Shown: piece by piece, positions 56,573 through 64,000 of the stretch | Numbering within the stretch: the stretch's first letter is position 1 | How the letters are laid out: each line of letters starts with the position of its first letter | DNA from: Octopus vulgaris | Taxonomy: Eukaryota | DNA length: 64,000 nucleotides | NCBI GenBank assembly: GCA_951406725.2 | Contig: OX597815.1 | Coordinates: 83,204,001 to 83,268,000, forward strand | Direction of reading: 5' to 3' | Translations under genes and position numbers: made by a program | Notes under the pieces: generated by a model | Database searches by the model: none | What the model saw: only the letters and a program-made list of their open reading frames with translations | Told to the model about the DNA's origin: nothing

Positions 56573-57270
56573 TAAATAAATCTTCAGGCAGGTAATGCTA
56601 TATAAAGTTAGAAGGCATGAAACTGAGAAACTTGAGGTTAGGAGATTTTTTAAAAGAAAGCTATGTAGCTGTTTTGATGTATCAGAAAATATATTATGAC
56701 ACAGTAATGCTTAGTGACGCAAGGACGATGTGGTGCAATACAGTACAGAAAGTTATATAATGCTGGAAAAGTTTATAATAAACTTAATATTATATATTTC
56801 ATCATAAACATCAATGTATATAAATAGAAAATATATTACAGAATAATATTGGTTACTGAAATACAGATTTCGAGAGAGAAGCGGGAAGGGACAGGAAAGA
56901 GAGACGAAAAAGGAAAGAGCAACAAGAACGTAATACAATATAAAAAACTACATACAAGCTAATAAAACTAATACTGTGAATGCTTGACTTGTGTTATGGA
57001 GTAAGATTATTAAAATTTTAAAATTCACGCGCAGACGGTCACATATTTATGATGTATGCAATTACGAACACTCGTACTCAATAATCTCTTTTAAAAACAC
57101 TTTACCCAGACACACACATGCATATATCCGTATATGCTCACATATCACCATATATTAGCATACGCCCATACACACATACACATACTTGCATATATATATA
57201 TATATATTATTCGAGACATTACCTGAAGACACACATACTTGAAATTATACAGAGTATGAACACTTTTTTG

Positions 57271-57301
<31 letters not shown>

Positions 57302-57394
57302 ATTTATATCTATCTATATATATATATATAAACACACACACACACATATTTATATATATGCGTGTGTGCGTGTGTGTGGGTGTCGGAGGGTGTC

Positions 57395-57585
57395 ATTAAA
57401 TCACAGGCATGATGTAGCACAGCCTTCCATTTTTAGTCAAATGAATCGATCCCAGTACTTATTTTTTAAAGCATGCTACTTATTATATCGATCTCATTTG
57501 ACGAACCTTTACATTACGGGGATGCAAACACACCAACACCGGTTTCAAAAGTGGTGGTGCGGAAACAAACACAAACAGAATGATA
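57395..57585 (-). mobile_element. Degenerate SINE family A fragment
   Basis: cccagtacttatt...aaacacaccaacaccggtt...gtggtg. Confidence 0.6.
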
Positions 57586-57625
57586 TACACACACACACAC
57601 ACGCACACACACACACACAAACACT

Positions 57626-57663
<38 letters not shown>

Positions 57664-57747
57664 GATTATAATAATAATATGAGGCAATATTATTCCAAAC
57701 TTACAGGGAAAAATTCAATTTAGAAATACTAAATCAAATATCACAAA

Positions 57748-57784
<37 letters not shown>

Positions 57785-57925
57785 TAGAAAAAAACACCTT
57801 TTATCAATTCAATTATGAAAAATTAAACATATATATATATATATATGTATATACGGAAAGTACCTCGTCCTACATGTATCTGCGCGTGTGCGCGTGTGTA
57901 TGAATACATATATATATATACATAT

Positions 57926-58232
57926 GCCTGAGTGGATTATGTGACAGTGGTTAGGGTATTTGACACCCGTTTGAGAAGCGTCGAGTTCGATTCCCGGCGG
58001 CGCATTGTGTCCTTCAGCAACCCGATAAATTTCTCGTTCCTCCAGTCCACGGAACTGGCAAAAGTGAGTAGTACTAGTATATAAAAGGGTCAACATTTTC
58101 ACACTCTATGTAACGCTGAATGTTTTTGAGGACTGCGTATGAGTATGCGTATCTGTAAAGTGCTCAGCCACTTGCATGAACAGGTTGTTCGGTTGATTAG
58201 ATTATCTTGAACTCTCGTTCAAGGTAACCCGA
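57926..58232 (+). mobile_element. tRNA-derived SINE (family C-related)
   Basis: cagtggttagggtatttgac...gagttcgattcccgg (A/B boxes), then tgtgtccttcagcaa; tail related to 9522-9855. Confidence 0.8.
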
Positions 58233-58619
58233 TCACCGCTAAAGATAGCTGTCAAAACGACTCAAGACCACAGTTTTCACTTGTACACGAGGGCGAAACT
58301 TTTGGCCCTGGGTCAGTATTACTCACTAATGAGAACTAAGTGATCATCCACAAAGTTCGAAATCACTGTGATATGGGTATGTCTTATTTTATGTTCAATT
58401 ATTTTCATCTATGGAAAGGGCCTTAAAATTTTACTACCCGCTTCCTCGATTCCGCCCTTGTGAACAAGAAAAATCTGTGATTTTGAGTTGTTTTTACTGC
58501 TATTTTTAGCATGCTGGTGCTACATATAGCACCGTTCATTATTAATTGCTAATTTTGCCTTAAAGGTTCTTTTATTCATCATAGCCACTCACATTATTGT
58601 AAATTATTAACTGTTATAT

Positions 58620-58689
<70 letters not shown>

Positions 58690-58690
<1 letters not shown>

Positions 58691-58930
58691 CAGGTCATTT
58701 CATCATGTTAACCGTTAACCCTTTCACATTTTTCTTTCTCTCCATTTCTTTCACTTCTCTCTCCATTTTTCCTTCTCTCTATATGTTTTTCTCAACGCTT
58801 TTTCGTCAAAGATCATAGGCTTGAAACGTCAAACACTTTTCCATTCTCGCCGAGCGTCATATTAATACACTTGATTATTGTTCCCTCACTTGTTTTCGTC
58901 ATCTGTTCTCTGTAAATTTGAGTTATATAA
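58690..58930 (+). mobile_element. Probable PLE-type relic next to (TA)n with an eroded HHR remnant (~58800-58835)
   Basis: gatc-atag-gctt-GAAA-CG-UC remnant; CUGANGA box not intact. Confidence 0.35.
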
Positions 58931-60064
58931 ACTTTCGAGCGTGTGTTATTGTGCGTGTTTGCGTTTACGTTTGTGTCTCTGTGTCTAATTGTGCGTGTTT
59001 GTATGTCTAATTCTGTGTGTGTGTGTGTGTTTACGCTTGTGACTGTGTGTGTATATGTGATTAATGAAATGGATTATGATTAAAATTTCCTGAGACTTTA
59101 GGGCTATTCGAAAAGTGAACTGTTTAGTGCGGTTATGACTGAGTATTCCCAAGATGATAACGTGTATCTTTAATGTAATTTTCGCAGTAATCAACATAAC
59201 ACATTTTGGCAATGTTGCACTTTGAATTTGAGCGACAATTCTTTAGTCCGGTTTCAGCACGTTTTAATACACCTAATTTTATCCACTATATGTAAGTCAA
59301 CCTCGAGCTATATAACAAAATCTTTCTCGAAGATTTCTCCCATACATAGGAAATACATATTCATTCATATAATGAAATATATATTGCTTGCAGGCCCATA
59401 ATACTGAGTATATTAAGATTTTATATATTCCTTGAATATATATATATATATATATGTATATACGTATATGTGTCTAAGTGTGTGTGTATGTTTGTCTGCC
59501 TGTGTGTATACATGTAGTCATATGTATTTTAATATATACTCTGAATATCTATGTTTATAATGCAATATGACAAAATGTATTTGTATATGTATAATAATAA
59601 GAATTAGTGATTAGCAAATATAAATAGACAGAAAAAAATCATCACGAAATATATATAATTTATAATATATATTATAAGAATTCAGTTTACATTTCATACC
59701 TTATGTGTTATTATCTATCTATAATATATATTTTGTCTGTATGTGTCATTGTTTAAGTCACTTCTTTTATTTAATTTCAAAATTTGAAATGTTTCATTAA
59801 CTGTAACATGAAACTACACTGAGCTGTAATTTGTGAAATACGTACGATATACACAATCATATTGTTAAATTTAGTACTGTTCTGGTTGTGGGTTTTAAGT
59901 TTTCCCAAAGACCATTCCGTTTCGAGTTATTTTTCCTTGATTCGTTTCAACTTCCTAACAACATTGTGGTCTTTGATACAACACCAACGACGTTATTTCA
60001 TAAATTGTTTTCTCACTGATGATCATGACGAAACTTATTAATGCGAGGTTTAAATGAAATTTAT

Positions 60065-60420
60065 ACTTCTCTTTTATCTCTATTCAGTCCTTAGACTTCG
60101 GCTTTGCTGAAACACGTACCTGAATTTTCTTTGATGAAATGAAACGACCCCAGTACATATTTATTTATCTTTAAGGGTATTTATTTTATTGACCTCCTTT
60201 GCAGAACCGCTAAGTTACCGACATGGTGGTGCGTCAAATGCAAACACAAAGACATGCACATATACCTACCTGCATAATACATACATACATGCACGACAAG
60301 TTTCTTTCAGTTTCCTTCTACCAAATTAATTCACAAAACTTTGGTTGGCCCGCCGTAGTGAAACTGAAATCGAAACCATGTGCTCGAGAAGCAGACCTCT
60401 TACCATACAGCTACTGCGCC
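60065..60420 (-). mobile_element. Degenerate SINE family A
   Basis: gaccccagtac...gaaccgctaagttac...ctttcagtttccttctaccaaat...gaaaccatgtg...accatacagc. Confidence 0.7.
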
Positions 60421-60675
60421 AATATGATATAAATTAAATTTTATTACTTATTTCGTATTTTCGTTTTCTTTGTTCTATCGCATCAATATAATATAAACGA
60501 AAAGAGAAAAAATAATGAATGAAAGAAGAAAAACACAGAGAAAGTGCAATAGCTCACATGACTTCTTTGGTTAAATTACATCAACTAGAGTCGAAAGTAT
60601 AAATATTGTAATGAATTGCGTAATAAACAACATTTTATTACAAATATGTATGTGTTTGTGTATGAGTGCGTATAC

Positions 60676-60763
<88 letters not shown>

Positions 60764-61285
60764 GCGTGTGTGTGTATTGACGCCTATGTGTAAACGAATA
60801 GGGAGGGATATTGATGGACAGAAAAAACAAAATAGGGAATGCATTACTGCTAAAAGAGTATCAAGTCATTAATATAAATACAAAACATGTCTGCAATATT
60901 AATAAACAATGGTCCATATTTAAGTACATACAAAAAAAAGAATATGGTGATTTAGATAGTATAATCATGACGACATATACGTCATATATATGGCGACTTC
61001 TATTATTCAGTTACGGATTGCATATTTATCGCGTTATCTATGGAACGAAATCAAAGTCATTCACTATTTACTCAATATTTGTCCGCTAGATGGTTGGCAG
61101 ATACATTATGAAAGGAAGTCAATGAAAATAATGCGTTCTATATACAACGCATATTATTCTTCAGACTGATGCACAAATATTTTGAGTTACGTATAATATA
61201 TATTTTACTGGTAAGTTTCTTAGCTCTTACGACTTAGTAGAACAATGGGAAAAGCGCTCCGTTGCACTTTCCTCTGACCTATATA

Positions 61286-61598
61286 TATGGTTGATATATA
61301 CGGAAAAAAGCAAGGTAAAAAATTCTAAAATTATTTTATAAAATACATTTCAGTAACAGTTTCAGTCATTGAGACGTTTTCAATTGTAAGTATGGAATGC
61401 AATTAAATTTTGGAAAAATTAAGAGAAAAGTTTTTTAAAAGAATATTTGCATAGTGTTCAAATACAAGTGGCATTTTCCTTGTTTCTGTCTCTCGTGTTC
61501 ACTCTTGTTGGTTCTCCAGCCCACAATAGTAAATAAGAGAGACAGAGACAGGCTGAATCAAGGAAAATGCCACTTGTAATTGAACACTATGCAAATAT
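61286..61598 (-). mobile_element. Penelope-like pseudo-LTR relic with 40-bp inverted repeat and degenerate U3:A8 HHR, in (TA)n
   Basis: Inverted arms 61443-61482/61559-61598 (1 mismatch); minus strand 61347-61389 reads UUGAAAA-cGUC-UCAAU-GACu-GAAA-cugu-UA. Confidence 0.62.
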
Positions 61599-61855
61599 AT
61601 ATATATATATATATATATTTACCACAAAATTTTACCCAAGGTTTTGCATCCACAAAGCCAAAGCCTTTTCCTCGTCAGATTCTATATAAAGACAAAAATT
61701 AAAAATTTCTACGTCACCCCCTCCCTTGTATTGTAGGTACTTGTTAAAATGTTGTTTTAGGTTAGGTGCACAGCTGAATGAGACTCTTAGGATGTGTTTG
61801 TTAAATAATGCCTGTATCTATGTGTGTGTATGAAATCTCAGGAAAATCTTTCCTT

Positions 61856-62880
61856 TCAAAAAGACTGCATTATCGGAAAGAGATGGAAGTTAGATGATGC
61901 GCGTTCGGGAGCGCAAGGGGAATGAGGAAGGATTTCAAAGCCGATGGAGTGTGCATTCATTTGGGTACCATGCGCATTGTGACATGCGGCGTTGTCTTGG
62001 AGGAAGTGAATTTCTTTGGTCAGCATGTAATGCATGTCTACCTTGATGGCGTCTTGAAATTTCTGCAGCAGAAAAGCATATTCCCCGTTAAATGTGGTGC
62101 CCTTCGCCAAAAAATCCATTCTCAATACTCCACAAGGGTTTCAAAAGACTGTGAGCATCACCTTGCTGAGGGTTGGTGACGAGCCTTCTTTGGAAGTGGT
62201 GAGTTATCATGCTTCCATTTCTTCGACTGGACTTTATTCTCAGGATCATAATGATGTATCCATGTTTCGTCCTGTGTGATAAGTGTGCCAAAAACAGTTC
62301 TTTTCGTTTTCTTGGTACATTGCTAAAAGATCCTGGAAGTAATTGACTCGTTGTTGCTTCTGAAAATGTGTGATTATCCGGGGAATCCATCGTCCAGAAA
62401 ACTTCCACATGTGCAAATGGTCGTGAATGATTTTTTCCACGGACCCAACACTTATCTTCACTTCTTGGGATAGTTGCCGAATAGTTATGCGGCTACCACT
62501 TTATGGATGATGTCGGCATCAATGGCGGAATGTGGTCGTCCAGGAATAGGAGCAGTCTCCACCGATGTCCGATCACATTTCAACTGGTAATGCCAGTGCT
62601 TGACTATGGCGTATGATGGTTTATCGCCATTGTAAACCCCTTTCATCTCATCGAAAGTCTCTTTTGGTGTACGACATTTCAAGTATAAGAACCTGGCCAC
62701 TGATCTGCATTCAACTGCCTTCATTATAACACCTTAGTCCAATTCAGCAGCCGTTAGTGACATGCGAACACTAGTGGACAGCTGCAATTTACGATGTGAC
62801 GTGTCGAGCGATATATGATAAAGGCTGTACAAGTTCCATTTCCTGGAAGAACTGAAAGTGGGTCAGGGGAAATACTGAAC
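61856..62880 (-). mobile_element. mariner (DD34D) transposon relic
   Basis: MKAVECRSVARFLYLK..TPKETFDEM..PGRP; RWIPR; ITQDETW; LQDNA...HSPCAPERASSNFHLF with 34 residues from D2 to the D3 position (now N); frameshifts. Confidence 0.92.
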
Positions 62881-62904
62881 GAAGAGCTGGACGGAATGTC
62901 GGTC

Positions 62905-63008
62905 AGTCGCAGGTTTACTCATTTTAATTAGCTGAGTTAACAGGAGCAACGTAAAACCACAGTCTTACGACCATCAGTCCAACACCTTAACCCCTAAGTT
63001 ACGCGTCT
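62905..63008 (-). mobile_element. Deleted tRNA-derived SINE
   Basis: Minus strand gagacgcgtaacttaggggttaaggtgttggactgatggtcgtaag is a tRNA-like head. Confidence 0.5.
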
Positions 63009-63015
63009 CTCTATA

Positions 63016-63060
<45 letters not shown>

Positions 63061-64000
63061 CCGCACACAAACAAACTTACGTCCATAGATTCCAGTTAAA
63101 GTTATTTCTTTACGCTTTATATGGCACAACTTTTATTAAAAAACGATTATTATTGTTTTATTACATCACAATTTTTAAAGCACTTGCTGTTGAAGTTAAC
63201 TTTATTAAAAATCAAAACTAAATAAATTAGAAAAAAATAACAATTTTTCGATATATGAAGAGTTCCTTTGTTGTAATAAAAGAGAAGAATTCTGTCTGTA
63301 ATTACGGTGTAGCCTGAAATATATTTAATTATTCATAACTCATTTATATTTTGACATATAAAGTGTCAGAATCAAATTTTGTTATATGCCCATGACTATG
63401 TACAGTATTATTAATATAGGGTTTATTAACAGTCACACAACTGCAGATCTCATTTCTTATAAGTGGTGTTAGCATACAGATTCCCATTTACCGCTTTTTT
63501 ATAAAATTGTTTACATATATTTGCTCAAGTTAGGATCAAAATTAGATTACATTAGATTAAGAAGGCTTATATAACACAGTCATAACTATGCGTAGTATGT
63601 AATATAATTTAATTAAATACTGAAATATACGATTTACTCTCATTTTACTTTTCTTTTTTTTGCTTAGCTACGGAAGAAAATAATACAAGATAATGATTAC
63701 TTTTTTAAACTGCTTAAGTAATAGATCTAATACTTTGGCATATTACAATGTTAACGAACGCTAGGAAGTTACTCTTTTTATCTACAGCAGAGGTTCAGAG
63801 GCTGGTGTTTTCGGATTATCTTTCCTTGACACGTTCAGGAAGGATTCATATACCACAACACGGGGTGACACAGAAACTGTGGCCTGAGAATTTCAATCAA
63901 TTGAAATGTATATGACATGGATAGGTTTAGAAACAATAGGATGAATCATCACAGTGCTTAGTGTGTAGCTATATATTGCATACGCTTCTGTGTGTATGAA

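Noticed and set aside
57935-58000. tRNA-like sequence
   Set aside because: A/B boxes without a complete cloverleaf, continuing into a SINE body; a SINE head rather than a tRNA gene
60012-60045. CUGAUGA-UCAUGAC-GAAAC motif
   Set aside because: Canonical boxes, but stem I and stem III do not pair

Overview
AT-rich, microsatellite-saturated eukaryotic DNA whose SINE, LINE and Penelope content strongly suggests an octopod cephalopod (Octopus-like; inference). No intact protein-coding gene is visible: nearly all listed ORFs are translated microsatellites or decayed transposon fragments. The window holds tRNA-derived SINEs, CR1, Tx1/L1 and Dong/R4 LINE relics, DD37D and DD34D Tc1/mariner relics, a piggyBac-type MITE, a head-to-tail Helitron dimer and several Penelope-like (PLE) relics. 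The main signal is a set of type I hammerhead ribozymes (HHRs) with non-canonical compensated cores (U3:A8 or G3:C8 instead of C3:G8) and palindromic stem III. They include a very young non-coding 362-bp tandem unit at 15014-15859 with an inverted 5' arm, inserted in (TA)n. This is a candidate retrozyme or non-autonomous PLE predicted to release a 362-nt self-cleaved, possibly circular, RNA. A few small + strand exon candidates hint at a host gene or lncRNA. All structures and alignments were read by eye, with no folding program or database search.
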